From assembly GCF_000143415.4 (NCBI RefSeq), contig NW_003314372.1, forward strand, positions 260,785 to 324,784: DNA of 64,000 bases. Reading direction: 5' to 3'. Both the position numbers and the translations under genes were made by a program. The notes below the pieces were generated by a model. It ran no database searches, was not told the origin of the DNA, and saw only the letters and a program-made list of their open reading frames with translations. Source of the stretch: Selaginella moellendorffii. Taxonomy: Eukaryota; Plantae; Lycopodiophyta. Shown piece by piece: positions 12,538-25,132 of this stretch (positions within the stretch are counted from its first letter, which is position 1; each line of letters begins with the position of its first letter).

Positions 12538-15007
12538 ATCATATTCCATAATTGCAAATTGGTATTCTCACATGCAACCATCAGTTTGTAATGGTTGTGT
12601 GTTGTCATCTCATCTTTCAATATTTTATCAACAATTATATATAAAGTGATAATACCATTTATGTAGCAGTTGCAACAGTTCTCAAAAAAACTATAAAAGC
12701 CCATAAAAATGTCTTCACCTAAGAAAAAAAAGTATATTAGGCATCTTAGAATCAAACTCTCAATTTGTTCACTAATTCCCATTAAATCAAGAGTCAGCTC
12801 TTCTATGGATTGGGTATAGTAGACTCCAACTTGAAGAAACTCCCCATCATTGACTTTGTCATCCACATCTAAAAAATGATATACTAGGTAGCAAGAGAGC
12901 TTACGTGTTTGCTTCTTTCAAGCCATTCCTAAATTGAACTCTTTACTTTTGATACCTTGTGTGTGTGTGTGTGTGAAGATAACCTAAAAAACCTATATTC
13001 TACACTAGCCAATCTATTGTTTCCCAAGGGGATATTGTTCTTCATCATGGAGCAATAGTGGGTTTGTGTCCATAACTTATTCTTGAATTTATTGTATATC
13101 TACTCTTTCTAAACCCATTGTTAAGCAATTGCTATAATGCTCAAGAAAAGCTTGTAAATCCATTAAGACATTTGTTTTGTCCAAAGAAAAGTAGCATATT
13201 AGACATTGAATATAATAACATTTTGTGCCTTTAAGCAGTCTTGCTATACCAAGAGCAAGATCTTGCAAAAACATGTGGCACTACTCTTGAAATGTTTGAG
13301 GTAATCCCTCTTTAGTAACAATATTCAAAATTTTGTATATAGAGAGTTCTAGTTCGACCCCCAATAGAAAGAAAATTGTAATGTGGTGTATAGTGAAGGT
13401 GAAATAGAATGTTGATAAACCTTAAGGATGGAGGTGGAGATTGATATAAGATGTTAGGGACCCAAGTACAAGTAGCAATGACTTTTCTTTGAGCCATTTC
13501 TATATTAAACTTTTTAACTTTCCAAAGAGCATAAGGATAACAAAAATATTATAATAACTAACTTTTTTTGGCATTTATATATTAATTTTTAGTATTGGGA
13601 ATGAGGTTTATTTACTATGACACTAATAATACTCTTGAAATTCTTGAAATGTCAATCTCAAAAATGAAATTTCATAATCATTGTCTACTTATGAATAAAA
13701 AAGCTTTTAGAATTCTAGATACACGTGCTAGAATGTTTATCATTCTAAACCATCTATATATATTCTTTTCTACACTTGTGCCAACTTTCAAGAAAAATAC
13801 ACAACAGGGAAATATAAACTATATTATAGTAGTAGAGTATGTAAGCACATAGGCCCATATACATTCTCTTATGTGAGATTACTTTCAATTTTGGAAATGT
13901 AGATAAACTTGATTCTTTAATGTGATGTCATTTTTGAGTCTTTTAAAAGCTTTTGATTTTCATTATTATTATTCACTTTTGAAAAATATTAGTGGGGATT
14001 CATCCCAAAAATATATCTTGGTCTTCTCATATAGGAGGATTGCACTATAAGCAGGCAGCTAGAGTTTTTTTATATAAATTAATATATAAATTACAAATGC
14101 TATACAAAGCTCTATAGAATAGATTTATTAATTTTTTTTCACTATATTCATTCTTTCATTTCTTTTGTTCTAGACTGTTGTTTTGGAAGTAACATGAGCA
14201 TTTTTATCAAAATTGATAAAGATTTTTACATTCTCAGATGGGTAATAAGGATTAAGAGTGTAATTTGAAGATTGTGCGAAATTAATATTCTCACATTAAT
14301 TTGCCCTATACTTAAGAACCCTAGAATGAATGAACAGTATGTAAATATATATTGCCTTGACCAATATACACTATTAATGGCTACCCTTCAAAAAGATTTA
14401 TCTTGATTCATATTTAGGATTTTTTAACGAATTGTAAGAAAATCAAAATATAATAGTTGTAAAGATAATCTTTAGTAAAAGAATAAATAAATTCTCATGA
14501 ACTTTATCTTTTCTAAATAACTCAATCTAGTAAAAACTTTTGACCTAGGTATTTATATATTCTAATATTTTAAAGTTTATCAGAACTTTAATTTTTGGTT
14601 TGCTTAAGCAAACCTATAGGGGGATTGGATGGTAGTGAATATACCTAGAATATGCTTGGATATTCTAGGATATTCTACCATCTAACAGTTGGTATTTATT
14701 TAGATTAATCTGGTATTTATAATTTATAAACATGTTTATAATTTATAAACTTTCCTAAACACTTTCTAGTATATTCTTTTTTATTCTATCATCTAATGGT
14801 TGATATGCAATAAGATTAATCTTGTGTTTATAAATTACAAACATGCTTATAATTATAAACTTTATTTGAACAATTAGATTAATAAATAATAATAAAACTA
14901 CCATTAAGCAAACCAACCGTTGCTACATGCAACACGTAGCAATTTATTATTTTAACATATAATTAAACTCAACTCAACTTTGGACCATCCCCACAACTAC
15001 TATACCA

Positions 15008-17050
15008 TCACCTCCCATATGACTCAAGCCACTTTTCTTTCTTTGCAAAAACATACCTCTCCAAGCATCCCCAATTCTTGCAGAACTGTTTCATCAGGGA
15101 TGTCTTCAGTAGTTTGGTGACGAGATTGGGCACTGCAGCAGTATTTGAAAGAGGCAACTTCGAAAGATGGCAGCCAGATGTTCCCTGGTGGCAGAAACTG
15201 TTGCAGGCCTGCATTGGGAAACCACGCCCCTGCAGCTGGCACCGAGTTTGTGCTAGAGGATGGGTTCAGCATGTCGCTATGCCAATTATTGGCAACCCCC
15301 AGATCACGGACGATGTGCTTGCTGGCAAGGTTCCGCTGGATGGCCGATGCCTCATGGAGATCCCTACCATCCACAACATGGCTAAGTTTGTCCCAGGAAG
15401 ACGAGCTTGCCAGCAAGGAACTGGTCCGGGAGCTAAGAGTCCTTAGCCAGAACAGAGATGGTCTCAGCAGCCCACTCCCGTGTCAGCTCCTCCCCATCGT
15501 TGTCGTTGGGTGCAAAAATAGGCCGCCCTCGGAGCTTCTCGAAATCATCCTGCATTGCGGCAGGGAAGTCCTGATCTTCGTACACCCTCACTACATGCAT
15601 CAAGGGCAAACTTGTGTTAGCCTGCGTGCAATTCAAATCTGTCTTGTTCTTAAACCTCTGGTAGAATCTTGCACCTGCAGGCTCGAGCAATCAGTGGGTG
15701 AAGGGCTGGCCATTCAAAGGGACGTCCCCAGCAATAATTCTGTCCATCTCCAGGCTCCGCAAGAGGTAACGCATGCGCACCAGAAGTCACCCATCGACCA
15801 GAGCATGTTTTCCATCCACCAGTTACGCTCCAGGCCAAAGGAAGGCTTGCCCCGGCAGCCAAGCAGTGCCTCGAGCTGCTGCTTGTCCATATCGTGGTAC
15901 AGAGACGCAAAGTGCTCGTCTCTGAAGAGCATGCCCTCTACGAACTCGAGCTCATGAAATCTACGTACTAAGATGATCACTTTGGGTTGGAGGCCCTGCG
16001 CGCTCGAGTGAAGATTTGAGTGAAATTCCCGGAAACCCGTCGCCGACCAGGTGCTCCTTCATACTTTGTAGATGTCGAAGGCCCTGTCAAGGGCCCTGCA
16101 CTACCAGCAGCAACGGGATATATCTGACCCCATACTTAACATATAGCTGGGCCCGCGCTCATCAGGATAATCTGCGACCTGGCTCGTTATCGAAGCTGAT
16201 CTAGAGGCACTACCTTCCGTCGCTGGCGCCACGGATGTAAAGGTCTTGTGCTCCGGGCTCTCCAGTGTCGCTGGTGAACAAAAGAGAAGAAAAGGTAAAA
16301 CAAGACGAAAGGAAAAGGCCTCACCCTTCCCGCGCAAAACGGCGCTCAAAGGCTGGAAATTGAAACCAACCCGTCCGGCAGTGATGTCGTTGACGGTGCA
16401 TGAGCTCTGTAATGCAATGCCGCCGCCAGTCCCCCGGACGATAACGCTGGGCATCATCTGGCACAAATATAGGTTGGGCCAGGCAGCATTCCCGCAGCCT
16501 CTCTGCGAGAGACCAGGCTGCTCCATAAAATCCGACGCTGCACAGGGAGAGTGAGTGCTAGAGCAGCATCCAGAGGCGAAGTGGTGATAGAGGATGTCTT
16601 CTTGGCACGTCCTGCGATGGATCAATCTTCAGTATAGAGATGGCAATCATGTCGTGCACAAGCTTCGGGAAGGCGAGGAAGCGAGGAGGTGCTGTTGCTG
16701 GCTGGGGAACACTAGCTGACGTCCCTTTGTGGCTGTCGGGGGTTGGGGACGCCTTTGGTGGGCCGGAACGTATCCCTCAGCGGAGGAGGAAGAGGCACAT
16801 TCCACAAACTCTGGCATTCCATGGCGCCGCCAGGGTGCATCTCCACTGGCGGCCGCGGGCAAACCCTGGGGGCGGAGCAGCGTTCCGCGGCAGCGCGTAC
16901 CTGGCAGCGCCTCCGCCAGGATGCATCTCCGCTGGATCGTGCTTGGCGGCGGAGCTGCATTCTCCCCCGCGTACCGTTTTCCCGCCTGAAAACCCAAACC
17001 CTGTCGGCAGTCCTAAAGTCAATTAGCCCTGGTGGCTGCAAACTGATGAT
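15008..17050 (-). pseudogene. Unidentified, probably disrupted coding region
   Basis: Coding-like composition with several minus-strand ORF pieces in different frames (e.g. HELEFVEGMLFRDEHFASLY..., VVRVYEDQDFPAAMQDDFEKL); no family recognised. Confidence 0.3.
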
Positions 17051-17297
17051 GAATCCATCGGCAGTCACTCACCCACAGACGAGGGCGCGATTGCCGATCC
17101 CCACACAAACGTCTTGAAGAACGTAACCTGGGATCCACCACCTTGTCCTGCACGATCGATAGGGAATCCTTTCCCCTTGCCCTAATTAGGGCTCGAAGGG
17201 GGTTGAAGGTGCCACGCTGGACATACCTTTTGGACCCGCATTATTCGCCCAGGGCTCAACTCTCGTTAGAAAAAGCAAAGCCCTAAAGCATTAAGTG

Positions 17298-17299
<2 letters not shown>

Positions 17300-17335
<36 letters not shown>
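17300..17335. repeat. (GA)n microsatellite just upstream of the MMT start codon
   Basis: Direct read. Confidence 0.9.
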
Positions 17336-17337
<2 letters not shown>

Positions 17338-17358
17338 GATCGATTCATCCATCCAGCC

Positions 17359-20300
17359 ATGGCTGCTGCCGCTGCTGGAGAGATGGAGGAGGTGAAGCGC
17401 TTCCTGGATGAGTGCCGGGAATCCGGCGACAAGACCTACGGCGTCTTCAAGGGCGTGCTGGATGAGCTCCAGAATGAGACCACGCGATCCAGGGCGCGCA
17501 AGCTGCTGGCATCCGTGGAGCGCTACGTTGACGCCGAGCTTTCCACTGTGGATTGCTTCGCGACATTCCATTTCCGGATCCATCAGCTCGTTCTCTCGGA
17601 TTCTCAAGGTATAGCGGCCCGGATTGCATCAATTGCTCTCTGTTTGATCAATCGCCCCCAGGTCTTCGCAAGAACCGTCAAAAGCTCACGCTTCTTGAGC
17701 TGCCGAGCATCTTCATTCCCGAGGACTGGTCGTTTACTTTCTACGAAGGGATCAATCGCCTCCCGGACAGTGGATTCCATGACCGCGATGTGGCAGAGCT
17801 GGGCTGCGGCAATGGCTGGGTGTCCATTGCCATCGCCGAGAAATTGCTACCGAGAAAGGTAGCTCATCATATTTCCTATGTGGACTCCACGCGAGCTTAA
17901 TTATTCTTTGCCTTTGTCGTTCTTAGGTGTATGGCTTGGACATCAATCCTCGAGCGATCAAAGTTGCCTGGATCAACCTCTACTTAAACGCGCTTAGCGG
18001 CGAGGACGGATCACTGGTGATCGACCGCGAGGGGAAATCGCTACTGGATCGTGTCGAGTTTTACGTTTCGGATTTGCTGGGTTATTGCCGGGACCGAAAT
18101 ATCATGCTGGACCGCGTTGTCGGCTGCATACCTCAGGTAAGGTTTCGCTTGTTTTGGTGTTTCCCTGCCTTCACTTTCTTTCGCCTGCATTGCAGGTGCT
18201 CAATCCCGATCCGGAAGCCATGCTTAAGCTTGTCTCGGAGAATGCTAGCGAGGACTTTTTATATTCCCTCAGCAACTATTGCGGGCTTCAAGTAAGCGCT
18301 AGTTTTTTGTTTTCTTTCCTTCTATGCCTATTATATGGTTTACAGCGAGCGAGATGCGTAGCGTCTGGTACTGAAAGCTTCAACGCATGAATGCAGGGCT
18401 TTGTGGAAGATCAGTTTGGCCTGGGACTCATTGCGAGAGCTGCAGAAGAAGGCATTAGCGTGATAAAGCCCAATGGTGCTATGATTTTCAACATCGGTGG
18501 CCGACCGGGACAGGCTGTCTGCGAGCGCCTGTTCGAGAGGAGAGGCTTTAAAATCGCCAAGCTGTGGCAAACGAGAGTCAAACAGGCAAGCAGCCGATAT
18601 TCCCGCCTTTCTGATTCACTGACTTTATTACCTTAGGCAGCCGATACAGACATTTTAGCGCTAGTTGAGATAGAGAAGAACAGCCGCCATCGCTTTGAAT
18701 TTTTTATGGGGCTGTTGAGCGAAGAGCCGATCTGTGCGCGCACAGCATGGGCGTACTCCAGAGCTGGAGGCGAAATCTCTCATGGATTATCTGTATACAA
18801 GTGTGAACTACGCCATCCCAACGAGGTTAAGTTCTCGTGATAAATAGGCTTTCCTGTGACTAACAAGGTTTCCTTCGCAGATAAAGACCATATTCAAGTT
18901 TTTGAATAACAAGATTCAGGAATTACGAGGTGCATTAGACTTATCATTCTCAGAAGAATCAGTGGCGGAAGAGAAAATTCCTTTCCTTGCATACCTCGCA
19001 AATGCACTGGAGGGGCTTTCCTATATCCCCTGCGAACTCCCAGTTGGAAGCACCAATTTTCGCAGCTTAATTGCCGGTTTCTTTCGAATATATCATGGAA
19101 TACCTCTCACCCCCGCTGTAAGTTGATAGATTGAACTGTTGGGAACGCTACTGATAGTTTCTGTATTTCCTCGTTCGCAGAATGTAGTTGTGCAGCCGTC
19201 AAGGTCTGTTCTCATCGAAAACATTCTCCGTCTTTATCAACCAAAGCTTGCTCTAATTGACGCGATGTTCACGAGATGGTTACCAAAGAAATGGCTGACG
19301 GTGTTACCCCACCAAAGTGATCAAGTCAGCTCGTCTGAGATCGCCGTGGTGGAGGCTCCTCATCGCACAGATCTGGTCATTCAGCTACTCAGGCACTTGA
19401 AGCCTCAGATTGTCATCACCAGCCTCGCGGACTTTGAAATGAGAACCTCCACTGCGTTTGAACAGTTGCTGCACGAGTGTGCCGAGGTCGGTGCGCGGCT
19501 TTTCCTGGACATATCGGATTACGTGGAGTTGTCTAGTGCACCCGGCACTAATGGTGTCCTGCAATACATGGCCGCTCACGCGCTTCCGTCGCACGCTACC
19601 ATCATGAGTGGCTTGGTGAAAAATAAGGTACAGGCTTTTCTTTCTTCTTTGTCCTTGGAGGATGCTAAATCAGTCACCACCACTTGTCCATTCCAGGTCT
19701 ACGCTGACTTGGAAGTTGCCTTTCTTATATCCGAGAATAAAGATGTTCTCCATGCGCTGGCTTTGTCTGGGGAGCTTGTGGACGGCCGGACTGCCGTAAT
19801 GAACCAGTTCTACTATGGTTGTCTCCTACACGAGTTACTTAGTTTTCATCTGCCAGAGCGTCACACGTCTTCAGAGGTTTGAGAGTTTCCTTTCTTACTG
19901 CTGGATAAAACTTATATGTTACATGTTTTCCAGAGATTAATCCGCCAAGAGGAAAGCTCCAAGTTCATCCGTTTTGCAGACTGCACTAGGAAAGCTATTG
20001 TCGAGGCTGAAGTATGTAGCTCGGGGTCATTGGTGGCGAATGCCATTCACCTGGATATTGATGAGAACGCTCTTCCCACGCCCCTGGCGGTGAAGGCGGT
20101 AATCTTCGAGGCGTTCTGCCGACAAAACGTGAGCGAAGCAGAAACCGATCCCAAGCCGGAAATTCTGGATTTTATAAAAGCCAAGTGCCTGCTCGGACCA
20201 GACTATTGTGGGGAACTAGTGCTTGGGGACAGCTGTTTATCCTTGTTCTCGAATCTGGTACTGGGCTGCGTCGAAGACAAAGGCACCCTGTGCTTTCCTG

Positions 20301-21264
20301 CGGGCTGCAACGGGACGTATCTGTCGACTGCCAAGTTTTACGATGCAGACCTGAGAAGAATTCAAACGAAGAAAGGCGACGGCTTCAAGCTTACGGCCCA
20401 TGCAGTGGAAGAGACGATCAGGGATCTTACAAGGCCGTGGCTCTACATCTCGGGTCCGACAGTGAGCCCCACAGGCGTCCTCTATTCCAGCGGGGAGATA
20501 ATCTCAATCCTCTCGGTGTGCGAGAAAGCTGGCGCAAGGGTTATCATAGACACTTCGTTTTCCGGGCTCGAGTACGATAGCAGCCGGGTGGACTGGGACT
20601 TGAAGAGTTTCGTGGGCAGAGCAAGCGGCAGCAACAAGTCGTTTGCAGTTGCACTTCTAGGGGGATTCTCTACGGAACTGCTATCAGGCGGGCATGAATA
20701 CGGCTTTGTGACTTTTACCAGCTCCATCTTTTCCGAGGCGTTTAAAGACGCTCCCTTGAGGAAAACACCACACATGACGTCCAACTACATGATCAAGAAA
20801 CTTCTGGCGATGGCGAACAGCAAATCGTCCTCGAGGGACTTGCAAGACGGAGTTCGTAGTCAGCAGCTCATCCTCAAGCAGAGGGCTGAGAAGATGAAAG
20901 AGGTAAAAGGTCTTTATCGCCTTGACTCTTACGTAGTTGAAGCTTTTTCTGTTTTCAGGCGCTGGTTGCGTGTGGATGGGAGGTTTTGGAGCCTCAAGGA
21001 GGGATCTCCCTAGTTGCTCGTCCATCGGCTTACGAGGGCAGGACGTTTTCGTACAAAAGTATCGGCGGGGAAACGACGAAAGAGATTAAGCTGGACAGCG
21101 TGAACATACGCGAAGCAATGCTGTGCAGCACCGGCGTTTGCGTGAGCAGCAGCCAGTGGACGGGGTTGGAGCACTATTGTCGCTTCGTCATCGCTGTTAG
21201 CGACGACAAATTCGATACGGCGTTGAAAGCGCTGCGGAGGTTCAAGGACTTGGTGCTGGGCTGA
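17359..21264 (+). CDS. MMT1: Methionine S-methyltransferase (S-methylmethionine synthesis), multi-exon
   Basis: FHFRIH, PSIFIPEDWSFTFYEGINR, VAELGCGNGW, YGLDINPRA, VGCIPQ, LSNYCGLQGFVEDQFGLGLIARA, then a C-terminal aminotransferase-like domain (YISGPTVSPTG, RVIIDTSFSGLE); short introns. Confidence 0.95.
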
Positions 21265-21668
21265 CGATCCATCGCTATCTTCTCCTCCTGGAAACAGAAA
21301 CAAGGCCAGTTAGTCAGCTCTTATCTCCCACGTCTTTGCCATCTTGCTTTTCTTGCTTTTCGCGCTTGCTAAACGTGCACCACTTGTGCTATTGCTACAG
21401 AGGACGGAAATCATCCATCCATCCATCCATCCATCCCTCGACAGAGACAAACAGCGGCGGACGGAATGGTCGGTCAACCAAGAGTTATTTTTTGGACGAA
21501 AGGAAGAAAAAGAATGGGTTGGTTGTTGACGTTTGATTACCTACCTAACAGGGGATCCACGAGCTCCCAGTTGGGGAGCGAACGTGGCTTGGCTAGCTGG
21601 CTGGGCGGGCGGGATACCGCGGGAGAGGGCAAATGGATATGCTGCGGCATACCGCGGCATACCGCGGC

Positions 21669-22580
21669 TTACCGCGACGGCAATGCGAGTGCGGCGGTTG
21701 CTACGACCCAGGGGTGTGCGATGATGTCGGCGGGCTTGGGCCGCTTGTATGGATTCTTGTCCATCATCTTTTGGATGAGATCCTTGGCGCCGCCGGGGAT
21801 GCCGTCCCAGTCGAGGCAGGCGTCGGCGGTGACGGCGCAGGCCTTGAGGTCGGAGAGGAGCCCCAGGGTGGAGTAGTCGGAGAAGACCTTGGACGCCCCC
21901 GCCAGCATCTGGTAGAGCGTCACGCCCAGGCTCCACACATCGGCAGGCAGCCAGTAGCTCCCGCACATCACCTCCGGGGCAACGTAGCGCGGCGTGCCAA
22001 CTTTGTCCTTGAGTTGCTTGCGCGCCGCCGCCGCCGACGAGACGCAGTTGTATTCGGCGATGCCGAAGTCGGCGTACTTGACGACCAGGGAGGCCGCGGC
22101 GGCGCAGCTCGTCGTACTGCCGCCGCCGCTGCTGTTCTTGGCACTCACCAGCAAGATGTTGTCGGGCTTGACATCGCGGTGCATGATCCCCGCCGAGTGG
22201 AGGTCGTCCAGGGTGGCGGCGAGGTGGCGCACCAGTAGCGCCGCCTCCGCCTCGGGGATCTTGCCTCGCTGCTGGATCCAGTCGGCGAGGCTGCAGTCGC
22301 ACAGCTCCATGATCAGGTGCCAGGCGTCCGCGTCCATCACCATCTCCTCGTAGTGGACGACGCCGCAGTGGTTGCTCATCTTGGCCAGGCACTCGGCCTC
22401 CACCTGGACGCGCTTCATGGTCACCGAGCAGCTCTTGCTGCTGGCGTCAATGCGCGTCGACTTGCACGCGAATCGCTTGCCATCGCTCTTGCGCACCAGG
22501 ATGGAGACGCTGCTGTGCTCGCCCGCCCCAATCACCGACCCGGGGCTATACTTCGCCCACAGCTTGCTGCCGCCTGCCAT
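21669..22580 (-). CDS. Intronless Ser/Thr kinase, CAMK group, kinase domain only (PPCK/PEPKR-like)
   Basis: IGAG, FACKS, HRDVKPDNILL, DFG, GTPRYVAPE, DVWSLGV, R..HPW; no EF-hands; first in-frame ATG at 22580. Confidence 0.9.
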   Translation of the reverse strand: MAGGSKLWAKYSPGSVIGAGEHSSVSILVRKSDGKRFACKSTRIDASSKSCSVTMKRVQVEAECLAKMSNHCGVVHYEEMVMDADAWHLIMELCDCSLADWIQQRGKIPEAEAALLVRHLAATLDDLHSAGIMHRDVKPDNILLVSAKNSSGGGSTTSCAAAASLVVKYADFGIAEYNCVSSAAAARKQLKDKVGTPRYVAPEVMCGSYWLPADVWSLGVTLYQMLAGASKVFSDYSTLGLLSDLKACAVTADACLDWDGIPGGAKDLIQKMMDKNPYKRPKPADIIAHPWVVATAALALPSR

Positions 22581-23182
22581 GGGATCTCTCGGAACATCAA
22601 ACACTCCTCCGCCTATGAACTCTGATCAATCCAATGCGGTCCAATCCCAGAGGGGCCCAAGACGAAAAAGGAGGAACGGATGATGGATCAAGAATCACAC
22701 TCTCTCCTACAAATCCAGCCAAGAGCCCACAGATGCCCACAGATGCTTGCTTGTTGCTGCTCCAACCGCAGCTGTTGTTGCTTGACTCCTCCGCCGCCGC
22801 CTCCTGACCCTCCGCCTTGCTTGTGCCGCTGCGACCATGGCGACGGCCCTTGGATCTTGGCCCCTTCTCCCTGTGCGATTCAAGCAGCGCTAGTGCGGCC
22901 AGCAGCGATCTCTATGCCTATCGTCGGGGGGAGGGGATTGGAACATCCAGCCGAGACCGAGAACGGGTCCTCCGATGGGTGGCGGGGGCAGCGGCGGCGG
23001 CGGCGGCTGTGGGCGGCTATCCATCCACTCGACGAGGCAAAAACTCTCACACACTCACCCGGGCTATGCGCAGGCCTCCTTTTAACAATAATGCCCAAGG
23101 ACACCCTGTGCTAAGGACACCCTTCCTCAATAATATCACCCGAATATGCCGGCCATCTAGGGTTAGGGCTTTAGGAGATCCA

Positions 23183-25066
23183 ATGAAGATCACTGTCATG
23201 ACGTCGGACGAGCGCTTCGTGTCGCTGGACGTCGATGCCGATGAGCTGGTAACACTATCTCAAGCTCCGCCCTTCTGATTCGCGGGGCTTTGGCAGGTTG
23301 AAAACGTCAAGGCGCTACTGGAAGTGGAGGTAATTCTACCTAGATCCAAATCAATCCAGCGCAGCTGCGCAGGAAGAGCGAGTGATGCTAATGCCCCGCT
23401 CTGCTCTACAGACGCAAATTCCGCTCCACCAGCAGCAGCTATTGCACCACGGCAGGGAGCTCCCCAACTCTCACAAGCTCAATGCCGCGGGAATCGTGGA
23501 CAATGACCTGCTCATGCTTGTGGCGGCGGCCCCTCCTCCAACAAGGTTCTTTCGCTTGAATCACAGAGAGAGAGAGAGAGAGAGAGAATGGAACCTTTGT
23601 TCTTATACTTTCGCAGCACCAGCGGCTCGGGAGGAGGCAATGAGATGGCTCTCAATGCCGATGGCTCCGCTGTAAACCCGTCGGCCTTCATGAGCCGCTT
23701 GAAGCGGGATCCACAGACCATGAAGTTCCTGTTTGAGGTTCGTGTGCTCCTCCTTCCAATGGTCCCGGCCTAAAAATGTCAGCTTGCAGAGAAACCCAGA
23801 CATAGCGGGCGCGGTGCACTCAAACAACGTCTCGGCGCTCCAGGGCTTTCTCAGGCAGATCCACCAACAGAAGCTGGATCTTCAACGGCGTCAGCAAGAG
23901 GAGATTGTAAGATACCGTGGTGTCTTTGAAGGCTCTCATTCCCGCTGTCAGTGCAGGCACTGATGAATGCTGATCCGTTCGATTTAGATGCACAAAAGAG
24001 AATAGAAGAGAGTATACGTCAGGTACCTTCAATTCTGCTAGAAAGCTCATTCGTTTCTCTTTTCCTTAGAGAAACATAGACGAAAACTGGGAAGCAGCCG
24101 TGGAGCACAACCCCGAAGCATTTGCCAGTGTCGTAAGTGGTTTACCTTTTGGGTTTGGAGTCTGTCTAATCACACTCCTTTGTTGCAGATAATGCTTTAC
24201 GTGGACATGGAAGTGAATGGCTTTCCCCTGAAAGTAAACTACACCAATTTCCTGGCCGTGGGACTGAACACTGGGAAATGTGTGCAGGCTTTTATTGACA
24301 GTGGAGCGCAAATGACCATAATCTCAAGGACTTGTGCAGAACGCTGTGGGTGAGATGGATTCATTTCTAGCCTACACAGGCGGCGTTCTAACTCGCAAAC
24401 AGGCTGTTGAGACTCTTGGACAAGCGCTATGTAGGTGTTGCCAGGGGCGTGGGTCAAACGGAAATCGTGGGAAGGATTCATGTAGCTCCTCTCAAGGTTC
24501 GAAGTCTTTCTAGATCCAGATGAAGAAACGAAGTTGAGGTCCCTTTCTGATGGCAGATAGGAGATCATTTCTATCCTTGCTCGTTCACAGTTTTGGACCA
24601 GCCTAATCCTGAATTCATCTTTGGCCTTGACATGCTACGCAAGCACCAGGTTGAGAGTTCAATCTCGTAAAGGAAATGTGTTAAGTCTCACAACGCGTGC
24701 AGTGCTCCATTGATCTCAAGGATAACGTGCTTAGAGTTGGAGGCGGTGAGATTGCAGTACCATTTCTTCAAGGTTGGTTTTCTATTGCCTCGGTGCGACG
24801 AGTGTAACTTTTTTCTCTTTCATCTTTGCTTTTAAACGGCAGAGAAAGACATTCCGAGGCATTTCCATCAAGACGAAGTGAAACCATCAGCAAGCACAAG
24901 CGTGCTTCCGGCTCCAGCAGCGGCGGCTCCTCAGGCATCGTCCGATTTGGAAGCCAAAGCGTCGCGGTTGATGGCACTGGGCTTTGACCGCCCATCGGCG
25001 TTGGAAGCGCTGCGGCTATGTAATGGCAACGAAGAACAAGCAGCCAGTTATTTATTTGGCGGATAG
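23183..25066 (+). CDS. DDI1: DNA damage-inducible protein 1 (UBL - retroviral-like aspartyl protease - UBA), multi-exon
   Basis: [18 protein letters not shown] (UBL), [50 protein letters not shown]-terminal [11 protein letters not shown]...[12 protein letters not shown]. Confidence 0.93.
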
Positions 25067-25132
25067 TCTCATAAGCTGGGCTTTCCATTTCCTGTTTTTA
25101 GGGTTTAGGGGAAGAAGGAAAAAGAGTCGGTG

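Noticed and set aside
8220-14900. Possible decayed DNA-transposon (hAT-like) coding sequence in the AT-rich DNA around the satellite
   Set aside because: No convincing motifs, TIRs or TSD could be read by eye
14918-14945. Small hairpin resembling a Helitron 3' end
   Set aside because: No CTRR terminus at the expected distance and no matching 5' TC end identified
21541-22683. Alternative-frame and antisense ORFs over the kinase (and similarly over NBP35)
   Set aside because: Shadow ORFs caused by high GC3 codon bias
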